From Gammaproteobacteria bacterium (GTDB lineage: Bacteria > Pseudomonadota > Gammaproteobacteria > Eutrophobiales > Eutrophobiaceae), in the NCBI GenBank assembly GCA_965222155.1, contig CBDCTH010000012.1:2944001-3008000 (forward strand): a stretch of 64,000 bases of DNA, given 5' to 3'. The stretch's first letter is position 1, and each line of letters begins with the position of its first letter. The notes under the pieces are model-generated. The model saw nothing but the letters and a program-made list of their open reading frames with translations, was not told the origin of the DNA and searched no databases. Made by a program: the position numbers and the translations under genes. Positions 39,824-51,006 of the stretch are shown here, one piece after another.

Positions 39824-41071
39824 GTGAACTTTTGGAAATCCTTTGGGCCAGGTATCCTCTTCGCCGGCGCGGCGATTGGAACCTCGCATCTCGTTCAGTC
39901 CACCCGAGCCGGCGCGATGTTTGGTCTGGGTCTGTTAACAGTCGTTATCGTCGCCAATCTTATTAAATACCCGGCGTACCGCTTCGGTCCGCTGTATGCC
40001 GTGATCACCGGCCGGTCGTTGATTGAAGGCTACCACGGCCTTGGCCGGTGGGTGTTGATTTTGTATATCGCAAGCGAGTTCGCTGTCATCGCTATCGTCA
40101 TTGCCGCAACGGCAATAGTGACTGCCGCAATCTTACTGGCTGTAAGCAGTGCTGCGGTTGATGCAAGATATGTCGGCGTCGCATTGATTATTGCGGGCAC
40201 TTCCGTGCTCGTAATCGGCGGCTATAACCTGTTGGATAAATTGACCAAAGTCTTCGTGCTGATTTTCACGTTGGCGACGTTCGTCGCAACGCTTTTATCG
40301 TTGCCTCGTATCGACTGGTCGTTGTCTCAATTCGCGTTACCGGGCATGGATATCCAAACTTTCGCATTTGTCATCGCATTGATGGGCTTCATGCCGTCGG
40401 GTATGGAACTGTCGGTTGTACAGTCACTCTGGTGCGTGGCGAAAAGCCGGGCCAGCGGCAGGCGACTACCGTTGTCGCATGTGCTGACGGACTTCAATAT
40501 CGGCTATGTCGGATCTGCGCTTCTCGCCGTGTGTTTTCTGCTGATGGGCGCAGGCGTGATGTATGCAGACGGTATCGTTCCGGAAACCCGGGCGGCGGGA
40601 TTCGCGAACCAGGTTATCGCTTTGTACACGGCAACCCTGGGAGGCTGGGCCGGTACCGTGGTAGGCGTCTCGGCATTGTTAGTTATGTTCACAACTTTGA
40701 TCACCGTTCTCGATGGAATGCCGCGTCTCGTTGCTGCCGGGATCGTTGCGCTTCGAAGCCGCGCTCAAACCGGCGCTGAAAACCTGGACCGCTCGCCCAT
40801 ACTTTTCGGCAGCATGGCCGTACTTGCCATTGCAGGCATGATCGTCCTGCTGTTTTTCATGAACAGTTTTCAGACATTCATCGACTTTGTAACGATTTCT
40901 GCGTTCATCGTCGCTCCAATAACCGCATTGCTGAATCATCTCGTGATTATTTCGGATGATGTGCCTGCTGAGCAGCGGCCGCATAAAGCGATGCTGAGCT
41001 GGAGTCTGCTTGGTATTCTCGCACTGTCCGGTCTGGCAATTGCTTTTCTCTATTGGAGATTTCTCGGATGA
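39824..41071 (+). CDS. NRAMP-like/APC-fold membrane transporter
   Basis: GPGILFAGAAIGTSHLVQSTRAGA, about 11 hydrophobic segments, DFNIGY; lacks the canonical NRAMP DPGN motif. Confidence 0.85.
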   Translation: MNFWKSFGPGILFAGAAIGTSHLVQSTRAGAMFGLGLLTVVIVANLIKYPAYRFGPLYAVITGRSLIEGYHGLGRWVLILYIASEFAVIAIVIAATAIVTAAILLAVSSAAVDARYVGVALIIAGTSVLVIGGYNLLDKLTKVFVLIFTLATFVATLLSLPRIDWSLSQFALPGMDIQTFAFVIALMGFMPSGMELSVVQSLWCVAKSRASGRRLPLSHVLTDFNIGYVGSALLAVCFLLMGAGVMYADGIVPETRAAGFANQVIALYTATLGGWAGTVVGVSALLVMFTTLITVLDGMPRLVAAGIVALRSRAQTGAENLDRSPILFGSMAVLAIAGMIVLLFFMNSFQTFIDFVTISAFIVAPITALLNHLVIISDDVPAEQRPHKAMLSWSLLGILALSGLAIAFLYWRFLG

Positions 41072-41184
41072 GTAGACATCAAACGGTATCGATAAGTGGG
41101 GGCGAAGCGCTTGTGCAGGCCGTGGCCGCGAACGGCGTGGATACCGTGTTTGGTATTACAGGCGCGCAGATTTATCCGATGTTC
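41068..41184 (+). pseudogene. N-terminal stub of a thiamine-diphosphate enzyme (acetolactate synthase-like)
   Basis: [39 protein letters not shown]; ATG overlaps the transporter stop; homology ends on running into maf. Confidence 0.8.
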
Positions 41185-41693
41185 GGCATGCAGGACAATC
41201 GGCCGGCGACATTACACCGGAATTTGACAACAACTGCGCCGTTTCATACAGGGGCAGTCCCATGATCCCGGAATAGCTGCCCTCTATTCTTGATATAAAT
41301 ATCGCTGCCTTGTCCTGAATACCGTACCCACCCGCTTTGTCATAGGGCGCTTCACTGTCACAATAGGTTTCACATTCCCGGACAGCAAGCGATTTGAACC
41401 AGACCCTGCTCTCGCTCACCCTGTATTCAAGCCGGTGATGCAGGAGGAGGACGGCTGTGAGTACCTGGTGTACCCTGCCGGACAGTGACATAAGCATCTC
41501 GACCGCCGCGGCCCGGTCCTGCGGCTTTTGCCGCGGCTACGCGTGTGACGTAGCCCTCGACAGGCTCATCATCTCCCCTGAGTTCTTCCACATCTACGCG
41601 AATCACTTCATAAGCAATACCGATCTGATCGAGAAGCTGCTGCCTCCTCGGCGACCTGGAAGCCAGGTAGATTTGACTGTCGGGATTGATCAC
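41156..41693 (-). pseudogene. maf: Maf/YhdE nucleotide pyrophosphatase, frameshifted by internal deletion
   Basis: IYLASRSPRR..AKA joins directly to [24 protein letters not shown] in another frame; the catalytic ADT segment is missing. Confidence 0.88.
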
Positions 41694-42028
41694 GAGTGAC
41701 CGCTGGCCCGATCAGTCACGGACCAGAGTTTTTCCAGTTGGTAATATTCCCGGGTGGTCGGATGCATGATATGGGCAATCACGTCGCCGAAATCGATTAA
41801 GATCCATTCCGCCTGTTGCTGCCCTTCCACTCCCAGCGGCCTGATTTGTCTTGTTTTTGCCGCTTCGATTACCTTATCCGCAATGGCTTTCACCTGGCGG
41901 TTCGAGCGGCCGCTGGCAATGATCATGAAATCCGTCATGGTCGTCAATGCGCGCACATCAATTGTTTGCATGTCCTCAGCTTTCAAGTCCTTCATCGTAT
42001 CGGTAATCAGTTGGGCGATGTTGTTCAT
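41690..42028 (-). CDS. rsfS: Ribosome silencing factor RsfS
   Basis: DLKAED, IASGRSNRQV, WILIDFGDVIAHIM, REYYQLEKLW. Confidence 0.96.
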   Translation of the reverse strand: MNNIAQLITDTMKDLKAEDMQTIDVRALTTMTDFMIIASGRSNRQVKAIADKVIEAAKTRQIRPLGVEGQQQAEWILIDFGDVIAHIMHPTTREYYQLEKLWSVTDRASGHS

Positions 42029-42669
42029 AGGTATAACTTGTTCTCCTTGATATAATTGTGGACACCGGACGGCAGGAAATTTCCTGTGTCGTCATGGTTT
42101 CTCAACTGCGCGCGTATTTGTGAGGAGGAGACATCCGGGATGGAGACAGCCACTTTATGGATAAAGCCGCCGGACTTTGCGTGCAGGGCTGCCGGAGAGG
42201 AACAGGCCCGGCCGGCATAAAATGCCTGCATACGTTCATCCCTGTGCCTGTCGCTCCGCTGCTTTCTGTCGATGACTACCAGATGCGAATAATCCGTCAA
42301 TTCCTGCCAGCGGCGCCATGCAGGCAGCGTTTCGAATGCGTCCATGCCCATAATGAAACACAGGGGTTGCTGCGGATATCTACCGCGCAGGTGAATCAGG
42401 GTATCGATTGTATAGGATATTCCGCCCCGTTTGAGCTCCATATCGTTCACGACCAGTTGCGGGTAGGGTTGTAACGCGTGCTCCAGCATTGCCAGCCGGT
42501 GATGCCGTGCGGCGGCGGCTGCCGATTTATGCGGGGGGATATTCGCGGGAATGAAATTGACTTCCTGCAGGTCCAGGGCTTCCATACACTCAAGCGCCAT
42601 GAGGACATGGCCGCTGTGAACCGGATCAAATGCGCCGCCGAGCAAGCCGATGGATTTTCCCTTACTCAC
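42025..42669 (-). CDS. nadD: Nicotinate-nucleotide adenylyltransferase
   Basis: GGAFDPVHSGH, PPHK, SYTIDTL, FIMGMDA, VSSSQIR. Confidence 0.96.
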   Translation of the reverse strand: MSKGKSIGLLGGAFDPVHSGHVLMALECMEALDLQEVNFIPANIPPHKSAAAAARHHRLAMLEHALQPYPQLVVNDMELKRGGISYTIDTLIHLRGRYPQQPLCFIMGMDAFETLPAWRRWQELTDYSHLVVIDRKQRSDRHRDERMQAFYAGRACSSPAALHAKSGGFIHKVAVSIPDVSSSQIRAQLRNHDDTGNFLPSGVHNYIKENKLYL

Positions 42670-42696
42670 TCGTTCCCGTCATACACGGACCCGATG

Positions 42697-43953
42697 TCAC
42701 TTTCTGATATGACCATCACCGATGACAATAAACTTCTGTGAGGTCAGGCCCTCAAGCCCGACCGGCCCGCGTGCATGAAATTTATCAGTGCTGATCCCGA
42801 TTTCAGCCCCCAGTCCATATTCATAGCCGTCTGCAAACCGGGTCGAGGCATTTACCATGACCGAACTGGAATCCACCTCTGCCAGAAACCGCCTGGCGTG
42901 ACTCACGTTTTCCGTCACAATGGCATCGGTATGCATGGAACCGTAATGTTCGATGTGCTCCAGCGCATCATCCAGGCCGCTGACTATCTTCAGTGACAGG
43001 ACGGGTGCCAGGTACTCGGTAAAATAATCTGCATCCGTCGCGGATTTTATCCCCGGCAGGATTTGTCGCGCGTGTTCGTCACCCCGGATTTCCACGCCGG
43101 CCTCTTCATACATGGGTCCAAGACGCGCAAGTACCGTCTTCGCGACAGGTTCTGCCACCAGCAGGCATTCCATTGTACAGCAGGTGCCGTAGCGCTGGGT
43201 TTTGGCGTTATAGGCGATGGTTACCGCCTTCTCCACGTCCGCATCGACGTCCACGTAGACGTGGCAGACCCCATCCAGGTGCTTGATGACCGGCATCCTG
43301 GCCTCATTACTGATCCGTTCAATCAGTCCCTTGCCGCCGCGCGGGATGATCACGTCAATATAGTCCTTGAGACCCAGCAACTCTCCCACGGCAGCCCGAT
43401 CAGTAGTTTCAACCACCTGTACTGCGCTGCCGGGCAAGCCGGCGGCTTGCAGGCCGTCACCAATGCACCCAGCAATAGCCATGTTGGAATTGATTGCCTC
43501 CGACCCGCCTCTCAGGATTACCGCGTTGCCTGATTTTATGCACAGCCCTGCGGCATCTGCCGTGACATTGGGTCTGGACTCGTAAATGATCCCCACTACG
43601 CCCAACGGTACCCGCATGCGACCCACCTGGATCCCGGTCGGGCGATAATTCATTGCCGATATCTCTCCGATGGGATCGGCCAGACCGGCAACCTGCAACA
43701 AGCCGTCGGCCATGGCTTCCAGACGCTCTCGGGTCAATTCGAGGCGGTCAAGTAACGCCGCCGCCAAGCGATTCTTGCTCGCTGCGGCAAGGTCAGTTCT
43801 GTTTGCCTCGAATAATTGCTCACGCCGTTCAGAAATACGTTCGGCAATGGCAGTGAGCGCCGCGTTTTTTGCGCCCGCGTCTGCCCTGGCCATGGAACGC
43901 GCCGCAGCCCGCGCAGTCTGACCCAGGGAGTGTATGTATTCACGGATATTCAT
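42697..43953 (-). CDS. proA: Gamma-glutamyl phosphate reductase
   Basis: [44 protein letters not shown]. Confidence 0.98.
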   Translation of the reverse strand: MNIREYIHSLGQTARAAARSMARADAGAKNAALTAIAERISERREQLFEANRTDLAAASKNRLAAALLDRLELTRERLEAMADGLLQVAGLADPIGEISAMNYRPTGIQVGRMRVPLGVVGIIYESRPNVTADAAGLCIKSGNAVILRGGSEAINSNMAIAGCIGDGLQAAGLPGSAVQVVETTDRAAVGELLGLKDYIDVIIPRGGKGLIERISNEARMPVIKHLDGVCHVYVDVDADVEKAVTIAYNAKTQRYGTCCTMECLLVAEPVAKTVLARLGPMYEEAGVEIRGDEHARQILPGIKSATDADYFTEYLAPVLSLKIVSGLDDALEHIEHYGSMHTDAIVTENVSHARRFLAEVDSSSVMVNASTRFADGYEYGLGAEIGISTDKFHARGPVGLEGLTSQKFIVIGDGHIRK

Positions 43954-44024
43954 TGCGCACCTCCTGTGCGCAACCCTGCGGGCGGCTGGCGCCGTGCAAA
44001 TCGTCTATCCTGACGATTTGTCAT
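43950..44024 (-). repeat. Repeat family A copy 3, inside the holA 3' end
   Basis: ATGACAAATCGTCAGGATAGACGATTTGCACGGCGCCAGCCGCCCGCAGGGTTGCGCACAGGAGGTGCGCAATGA. Confidence 0.9.
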
Positions 44025-45047
44025 TTTTGCTTTTTCCAGCCTGTGACCGGACAGGGTAAACATAAAATTCTCCAGCAGTTGCCAGCTGTCTGCCGCTACG
44101 GCGCCTTTCAGGGCTTTGTCAATTTCCAGGGCTTCGACCAACAGGGTAGACAGCCGGCTGGTGCTGAAGCGGTTTATCAACACAATGATCCCTTTCCTGT
44201 GCCGGCCCAGGATCCTGTAGCTATTGAACACCTGCTCCCTTGGCTTCCCCTGAGCTATTTCATGGGAAACGGAACTGGCCCGGCGAAATCCCCACATCAA
44301 CGCGCCGTATACATTGAGCGGCTCGGCGCCTTCGTTCTTCAGACCCCGCAGCATTCTTGAGATGCGTTCCGGATTACCGAGAAATACGTTCTCAATCAAG
44401 TCGAACACCTCATAGCGGGCGCTGTCCACCACCATATTAAGTACCGCGTCGCTGTCAATATCCGCCTGATCAACCAGCAACGCCAATTTATCAATTTCCT
44501 GTCTTGCCGCAAGCAGGTTTCCTTCGACCCGTTGGGCTATCAGCGCAGCCGCCTCCCTGGAAATTCGTTTATTCTGCTGTCGGCAACGCGCCATGATCCA
44601 GCCCGGCAACTGCGCCGACGCAACCGGCCAGACCTGTATCCAGCAGCCGCATTTATCCAGCGCCTTGAACCATTTTGCCTGCTGGGCCTTCCTGTCGATG
44701 CGATCCGATGTCAGCAACAACAGGTTGTCCGGGGAGCTCCCGGCCGCGTATTCGGTCAGGGCCGCGCCGCCTTCCCTGCCGGGTTTCTGACTGCCCAGCC
44801 TCAGTTCGATAATACGCTTGCTGGAAAACAGGGACAGGTTGGCGCCGGCTTCATATAACCGACCCCAGTCAAACCCGGTATCCGCCTCCAGGACAATACG
44901 TTCCTCGTAGCCAAGGATGCGTGCCCGGTTGCGGATCAAATCACTCGCCTCATGCAGCTGCAAGGGCTCATCACCGCTGACGTAATAAACCGGTAAAAGT
45001 TCGGGTTTATTCAGGTGCTCCGGAAGTTTCTCTGCTGTTAAATGCAT
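43950..45047 (-). CDS. holA: DNA polymerase III delta subunit with a repeat-derived 24-aa C-terminal tail
   Basis: [27 protein letters not shown]; follows leuS-lptE. Confidence 0.95.
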   Translation of the reverse strand: MHLTAEKLPEHLNKPELLPVYYVSGDEPLQLHEASDLIRNRARILGYEERIVLEADTGFDWGRLYEAGANLSLFSSKRIIELRLGSQKPGREGGAALTEYAAGSSPDNLLLLTSDRIDRKAQQAKWFKALDKCGCWIQVWPVASAQLPGWIMARCRQQNKRISREAAALIAQRVEGNLLAARQEIDKLALLVDQADIDSDAVLNMVVDSARYEVFDLIENVFLGNPERISRMLRGLKNEGAEPLNVYGALMWGFRRASSVSHEIAQGKPREQVFNSYRILGRHRKGIIVLINRFSTSRLSTLLVEALEIDKALKGAVAADSWQLLENFMFTLSGHRLEKAKMTNRQDRRFARRQPPAGLRTGGAQ

Positions 45048-45054
45048 GGGCTGA

Positions 45055-45555
45055 CTATTCCGTCAGCGTGTTCAGGCGCCGTATGATCTGAGCTGCCACC
45101 TGTTCGATCAGCTCTTCTTTGATTATCTCCTCTTCGGCGAATTTCCCCAGTGCGGCATCTTCATCGAAGGCGTAGTCGCCACTGACCCGGATGATCTGAT
45201 TCGCAACAAGCAGTTCCCCGCCGACCTTGCTGATGCTGATGCGACAGGAGAAAACAACCTGGTACTCTTCAACCTTGCCGGTCTCGGGAGAGACGCTCAA
45301 CACCTGGCGCACAAACTCCTCACCATTCAAGGTCAGTGCATAATCGGCCCCCTCCATACCGTCCCTGACAATAACTCCGGAAACCGCCAACTGTGATTTC
45401 ACCGCGGCGGCAAGCTCACTGGCCGCGGCGGCCAGGACAAGGATGTTATACCCGCTATCTGCCTTGACTTGCGGGCTCTGGCCGCGCAAATGGTAACCAC
45501 AACCCTGCGCCAGGATCGCGACGAACAGGACAACATGCAAAAGCGGGATTCTCAT
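45055..45555 (-). CDS. lptE: LPS assembly lipoprotein LptE
   Basis: AQGCGYHLRG lipobox, C-terminal QIIRRL, between leuS and holA; start uncertain. Confidence 0.92.
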   Translation of the reverse strand: MRIPLLHVVLFVAILAQGCGYHLRGQSPQVKADSGYNILVLAAAASELAAAVKSQLAVSGVIVRDGMEGADYALTLNGEEFVRQVLSVSPETGKVEEYQVVFSCRISISKVGGELLVANQIIRVSGDYAFDEDAALGKFAEEEIIKEELIEQVAAQIIRRLNTLTE

Positions 45556-45638
45556 GCGCGCAAAGGATACGGCTTTCCGCCGCATGATACAAGGAAAACC
45601 CGGATCTGACCGGCACACGTTGTTACCGGCAACTCGCG

Positions 45639-48218
45639 CTATCCCACTACAATGTTTACCAGGCGTTTCGGCACGACGATGACCTTTTTTACTTCCTTCC
45701 CGGTGATATGCCGTTGTACGTTCTCATTGTTCAATGCGGCAGCTTTTATTCTGTCTTCGGTCGCATCCGGCAGAGTAACAATCTGCGCCCGCTTTTTTCC
45801 GTTTACCTGCACTACCAACTGACACTCTTCTTCAATCAGGGCCGCGTCATCCACGCGCGGCCAAGCGGCGTCGATGAGCGCCGCCTGCTTGCCCATGGCG
45901 CGCCAGATTGCGTCGGTGATATGCGGAATTATAGGCGATAATAACAAGACGATGACTTCCAGTCCTTCCCTCCGAACTGCCCTGGCGTTGTCGGACTGCT
46001 CGCTCATTTGGGTCAATACGTTCAACAGCTCCATTACCGCCGCAATGGCGGTATTGAAGGTATAACGCCGACCGATGTCATCATTGACCTTGACGATGGT
46101 CTGGTGGATCTTGCGCCGCACGTCGCGCTGCTCCCTGGTATATAGTGTCGCCTCTGCGCGGGGGTTGATATGATAATTGTTCCGGGCGAATTTCCAGAGT
46201 CGTTTGAGAAACCGGTGCGCGCCCTCAATCCCCGATTCCGACCACTCCAGGCTCTGTTCCGGCGGGGCGGTAAACATGGCGAACAGGCGCACGGTGTCCG
46301 CGCCGTATTTATCGATCATGTCCTGTGGATCGACGCCGTTATTCTTTGACTTGGACATCTTTTCCATTTTACCGATGATCACCGGCTGTCCGTCTTCCTT
46401 GAGGCGCGCCGAATTGATCCTGCCCCTGGCGTCACGCTCAAATTCCAGATCCTTTCGGTTGTAATACGTCCTGCGTCCCCGTTCTTCCCGGTAAAAGGTC
46501 TCGGCGACGACCATGCCCTGGGTCAACAGGTTCTTGAATGGTTCGCCGCATTGGGTCAGCCCCTGGTCACGCATGAGTTTTTGAAAAAACCGGGAATACA
46601 ACAAGTGCAGCACGGCGTGTTCTATGCCGCCCACATACTGGTCCACAGGCAGCCAGTAATCGGCGCGCTTATCCAGCATAGCGTCAGTGTTATCGGCACA
46701 ACAGAAGCGCGCAAAGTACCAGGACGATTCGAAAAACGTATCGAAGGTATCGGTTTCCCGGCGGCCCGGCCGGCCGGTTTCAGGATGACGCGTGTGTAAA
46801 AATTCATCCATGTCATTCAGCGGTGAACGCACCCCCGAGAACTCAATCCGTTCCGGTAACACTACGGGTAGTTCAGCAGCAGTAACGGGGGCCGAATTGC
46901 CGCCCTCATCGGTTATCATGGGAATGGGGCAGCCCCAGTAACGTTGCCGCGCAATCCCCCAATCCCGCAGCCGGTAGTTGACCTTGCGCGCGCCGCGCCC
47001 ACATTCTTCCAGTCTCGCGGCAATGGCGGAAAATGCCTGTTCGGAAGTCAAACCATCAAAGTCACCGGAGTTTTTCAACAGCCCTTTGTGCATGTGGGCG
47101 CAGTCATCCAGATTCAAGCCACTGCCATCCGTCGGAAATATTACCGGTCTGATGGCAAGATCATATTTTTTCGCGAATTCCCAGTCGCGTTGATCGTGGC
47201 CCGGCACACCCATAACCGCACCGGTGCCATAACCCATCAGGATAAAATTGGCTGCCCATACGGGCAATGCCTCTCCGGTAAGCGGGTGCTGCGCGTCTAT
47301 TCCCAGCGGCACGCCTTCTTTTTCCATGGTTTCCAGTTCGGCTTCGGTAACGCCGGCATGACGGTGCTTGTGTAGAAATGCGGCGACGCCGGCGCTTTCC
47401 CCGGCAGCGGCAACGGCCAGAGGATGCTCTACGGCAACCGCAATGTAACTGGCGCCGAACAAGGTATCGGGGCGAGTGGTGAATACTTCCAGTTTATCGG
47501 CGCCGCTGGACAGAGGGAAATCGATCTCCACCCCTTCCGAGCGGCCAATCCAGTTCTTTTGCATGGTGCGCACCGAATCGGGCCAGCCGGGCAGGTTGTC
47601 CAGTTCCCTCAACAGCTCCTCACTGTATTCGGTGATTTTCAAAAACCACTGGGGTATTTCTTTCCTTTCCACAACCGCGCCGGAGCGCCAGCCCCTGCCG
47701 TCAATCACCTGTTCATTGGCCAGTACAGTCTGGTCAACGGGATCCCAGTTAACGGGAGCGGTCTTTTTGTAAACCAGCCCTTTTTTATATAACTCGGTAA
47801 AAAACCATTGTTCCCAGCGGTAATAGTCAGGTTTGCAGGTCGCGATTTCCCGATCCCAGTCGTAGGCGAAGCCGAGCCGTTTTAACTGGGCGCGCATGTA
47901 ATCGATGTTCCGATAAGTCCATTGCGCCGGCGCCGCCCGGTTTTCTATTGCCGCGTTCTCGGCGGGCAGGCCAAAGGCATCCCAGCCCATGGGTTGGAGC
48001 ACGTTCTTGCCCTGCAAACGCTGGTAACGGGCTATCACGTCGCCGATGGTGTAATTGCGCACGTGACCGATGTGCAGTTTGCCGCTTGGGTATGGAAACA
48101 TGGACAGACAGTAAAATTTTTCCCTGTCGGGATCTTCCGTTACCTTGAAGGCGCTGTTTTTCTCCCACGCTGCCTGGACCTCGAGTTCTATATTCCGGGG
48201 TTGGTACGCTGCATCCAT
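45639..48218 (-). CDS. leuS: Leucine-tRNA ligase
   Basis: [28 protein letters not shown]; start trimmed to MDAAY. Confidence 0.98.
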   Translation of the reverse strand: MDAAYQPRNIELEVQAAWEKNSAFKVTEDPDREKFYCLSMFPYPSGKLHIGHVRNYTIGDVIARYQRLQGKNVLQPMGWDAFGLPAENAAIENRAAPAQWTYRNIDYMRAQLKRLGFAYDWDREIATCKPDYYRWEQWFFTELYKKGLVYKKTAPVNWDPVDQTVLANEQVIDGRGWRSGAVVERKEIPQWFLKITEYSEELLRELDNLPGWPDSVRTMQKNWIGRSEGVEIDFPLSSGADKLEVFTTRPDTLFGASYIAVAVEHPLAVAAAGESAGVAAFLHKHRHAGVTEAELETMEKEGVPLGIDAQHPLTGEALPVWAANFILMGYGTGAVMGVPGHDQRDWEFAKKYDLAIRPVIFPTDGSGLNLDDCAHMHKGLLKNSGDFDGLTSEQAFSAIAARLEECGRGARKVNYRLRDWGIARQRYWGCPIPMITDEGGNSAPVTAAELPVVLPERIEFSGVRSPLNDMDEFLHTRHPETGRPGRRETDTFDTFFESSWYFARFCCADNTDAMLDKRADYWLPVDQYVGGIEHAVLHLLYSRFFQKLMRDQGLTQCGEPFKNLLTQGMVVAETFYREERGRRTYYNRKDLEFERDARGRINSARLKEDGQPVIIGKMEKMSKSKNNGVDPQDMIDKYGADTVRLFAMFTAPPEQSLEWSESGIEGAHRFLKRLWKFARNNYHINPRAEATLYTREQRDVRRKIHQTIVKVNDDIGRRYTFNTAIAAVMELLNVLTQMSEQSDNARAVRREGLEVIVLLLSPIIPHITDAIWRAMGKQAALIDAAWPRVDDAALIEEECQLVVQVNGKKRAQIVTLPDATEDRIKAAALNNENVQRHITGKEVKKVIVVPKRLVNIVVG

Positions 48219-48300
48219 CTCGTATGGTTTTGTATGCATCAAACAGCAAAGCATACAGCAGAGAGTTTGTTGTGAACAAGCACAAAAAATATTTTATGTC

Positions 48301-48401
48301 TTGCACCCATCCCCCTGCTCAACTCCATACAGGGGCAGGCTCTGGGCACAACCCAGTGGGCGGCCTTCGCCGTGCAAATCGTCAGGATTGACGATTTGTT
48401 A
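48301..48401 (-). repeat. Repeat family A copy 4, beginning at the comEA stop codon
   Basis: TAACAAATCGTCAATCCTGACGATTTGCACGGC...CCCAGAGCCTGCCCCTGTATGGAGTTGAGCAGGGGGATGGGTGCAA. Confidence 0.85.
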
Positions 48402-48671
48402 TTCGGCCGGCTGGCCGGCTGTCAGGATATCTTTATTTTTTTCAATCAGGGACTGGCCGATCCCGCTGATTTGGGTCAACTCCTGTACGGTCTCGAACGC
48501 GCCATTCCGTTCCCGGTAGTTGATAATCTTTTCAGCGAAACTTTCGCCAACGCCGCTCAGGGTCATCAACGCTTCCTTATCCGCCGTATTGATATCAACA
48601 TCTTCAGCGGCGAAAAGCATCACTGGCAGGCTGAGTAAAATGAGGACAGCAAGTTTCCTTAAAATTTGCAT
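48399..48671 (-). CDS. comEA: ComEA-family helix-hairpin-helix DNA-binding protein
   Basis: Signal peptide, VDINTA..LSGVG..A.KII.YRE.NGAF..L..ISGIG. Confidence 0.92.
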   Translation of the reverse strand: MQILRKLAVLILLSLPVMLFAAEDVDINTADKEALMTLSGVGESFAEKIINYRERNGAFETVQELTQISGIGQSLIEKNKDILTAGQPAE

Positions 48672-48842
48672 AATGGTCTCCTTTAGTTTGTGAAGTTATA
48701 GTCCATGTTCCTGAACCACACTGAAAAGTTTAGCTGCTCCGGACAGACTGGCAAGAAAAAGATTGCCTGAATTGTGGGAAAAGTCACAAACCCGGTTAAT
48801 TCATAGCCGGGACCTGCGCCCTGATGCGCGGCCAGTGATGCT

Positions 48843-49485
48843 TCAGAACTGCTTGCGCAGCGGCACGTCGAACACCGCGCCGTAGCAATCCTCATCCATT
48901 GCGCGCCCAAAGGGAGACATCAAGGTCACGGGCCTGCAATACCAGGCCGGCGGTCGGCGCCCAGGCGATCTCCAGTTCTCCGGCGTTACGCAGGTTATGA
49001 CGCGGAAACGCCAGCTTCGCGCCAACCTCAAATACGTCTGTCTTTTCTGCGCCGAACACCTGGCTGAACATTGCGGGGATGCGATCGGCATTGGTGCCGC
49101 CTGGCTTGAAGCCGGTTGCATATCCGGCATACAACAATATGTCATTGTTCGGGGCCCAGCTTAATTTGACATTCCAGGTAACCTGGTCGTCCTCCAGGGT
49201 TTCATCCACGTCCTGGCGCGGCGCAAATATCGGTTGCAGGTAAAACCCCCAGCCCGGATAGGCTAGCAGCGCCAGTCCAGCGTTATCTTGGTTAAATGTG
49301 CCAGTTAGATCTTTTTTCTCGTCGGTATCCGGAATATCCTGTATGTTCTGCTGTCGCTTCTACGCAGTAACTATGATTTCTTCAAGATAGCCCTGTTCCT
49401 GAGCAAGCAGCGCAACCGATCCTATGAGGGGTAAAACAGTAAATATTATCGGCAGCTATATTCCCGGCTTGTCACCGTTAGGCAT
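48843..49485 (-). pseudogene. Heavily deleted TonB-dependent receptor remnant
   Basis: Signal peptide plus LEEIIVTA*KRQQNIQDIP, spliced to barrel fragments (YATGFKPGG, FGAEKTDVFEVGAK) in only about 640 bp. Confidence 0.85.
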
Positions 49486-49499
49486 GGTTCTCTCCCCCG

Positions 49500-49864
49500 A
49501 TTACGGACAATTGTTCTCATGTTATAGTACCGTGGATGATGCGTTTATGCATTCTACTATGTTGTTTCGGTAAGTTCTTGCGTTTCAAGCAGGCAGGGCG
49601 GTATACCATAATTGTGGTTCTGGTTTATACTATACTCATAAATCAAAGCAGCGCAGGCTACAACAATGTTATTAAATGGTAAAATAACCTGTGAACAACC
49701 ATTTGAAAAGGAAGTATGTTCTGATCCGGAAACATTTATCCACAGGGAATTAAACGGGGATCAGCACTAACAAACGCCAAAAAAAACATATAACTATTTG
49801 AAAATAAAGGAGAAAAAAATCTTTTCCCGTTTCCGGGGATGACAATAATAACAATATTTTTAAA
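49500..49864. other. Candidate oriC / DnaA-box region upstream of dnaN
   Basis: Perfect TTATCCACA at 49736-49744, near-consensus TGTGAACAA at 49690-49698, AT-rich tract before dnaN, gene orientation flips here. Confidence 0.6.
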
Positions 49865-50965
49865 ATGAATCTTATTATTAATAGGAACCTGCTTCTTCCG
49901 GCTCTAAACAACGTTTGCGGCGTCGTTGACACAAGACCTTCGCTTGCCGTCCTAGCGAACCTTCTCGTCGCTGTTTCTCCGCAACAAATACGACTCACAG
50001 CAACGGATATGGAAGTTGAACTCTCAGCATCAATAGCCGGTGATTTCGGGCAGACAGGCGATATCACTGTTCCTGCGCGAAAACTTTGGGATATTTGCCG
50101 GGCATTGCCAGAAGGAGCGGAAATGAACATTTCGATTGAGAATGAAAGAGTAACCGTCACGTCAGGAAGAAGCCGGTTTTCCTTATTATCTTTGCCGGCC
50201 CAGAATTTTCCTCTGGTTGAACCGGGGGAAACTGACATACGGTTTGCTATTTCTCAACAGCTGTTCAAATCCTTACTAGAAAGAACTGCTTTTTCCATGG
50301 CCAAACAGGATGTTCGCTACTACCTCAATGGTGTTTTACTTGAAGCCCAGCAGGACAATTTGCGTGCTGTTGCAACTGACGGACATAGGCTTGCGCTGTG
50401 TGACGTCGATGTTGCAATTGCAACGGAAGAAAAAAAACAACTTATCGTCCCGAGAAAAGGGGTGCAGGAACTGATGCGGTTACTGGATGAAACAGATACC
50501 GAAATGGAAATCGTCATGAGTAAAAACCATATCCGAATCGCTTTGGATAATCTGGTTTTTACCAGTAAATTGATAGATGGCAAATACCCTGACTATAACC
50601 GGGTGATCCCTGAACCGTCAGATCATTTGGTGCTGGCACAGCGAGCGTTGCTCAGACAGAGTCTCAGTCGAGCCTCAATCCTTTCCAGCGATAAATATCG
50701 AGGCGTGAAGATCACGCTGGAGCGGGATAAACTGCGGGCACTTGTCCATAACCCGGAGCAGGAACAGGCAGAAGATGAGATTGACGTGGAATATACGGGA
50801 GAAAATCAGGAAGTCGGTTTTAACGTAACCTACCTGCATGATGCCGTCAGCATCATTCAAACCGACAAGGTCAGGCTTTCAGTATCGTCCCCGAAAAGCG
50901 GTTGTCTTGTGTTGCCTGAGGAAGGGGGAGGGTGTAAATATATTGTCATGCCGTTGCTGCTGTAG
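49865..50965 (+). CDS. dnaN: DNA polymerase III beta clamp
   Basis: ATDMEVE, QDVRYYLNG, VATDGHRLA, SKLIDGKYPDY, VMPL. Confidence 0.98.
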   Translation: MNLIINRNLLLPALNNVCGVVDTRPSLAVLANLLVAVSPQQIRLTATDMEVELSASIAGDFGQTGDITVPARKLWDICRALPEGAEMNISIENERVTVTSGRSRFSLLSLPAQNFPLVEPGETDIRFAISQQLFKSLLERTAFSMAKQDVRYYLNGVLLEAQQDNLRAVATDGHRLALCDVDVAIATEEKKQLIVPRKGVQELMRLLDETDTEMEIVMSKNHIRIALDNLVFTSKLIDGKYPDYNRVIPEPSDHLVLAQRALLRQSLSRASILSSDKYRGVKITLERDKLRALVHNPEQEQAEDEIDVEYTGENQEVGFNVTYLHDAVSIIQTDKVRLSVSSPKSGCLVLPEEGGGCKYIVMPLLL

Positions 50966-51006
50966 ATAATAGATCAACCCATGCAATGCCTGCAACTGTG
51001 CGGCCT

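Noticed and set aside
49750-50238. 162-aa ORF as a possible dnaA remnant
   Set aside because: Antisense to dnaN with no DnaA motifs.
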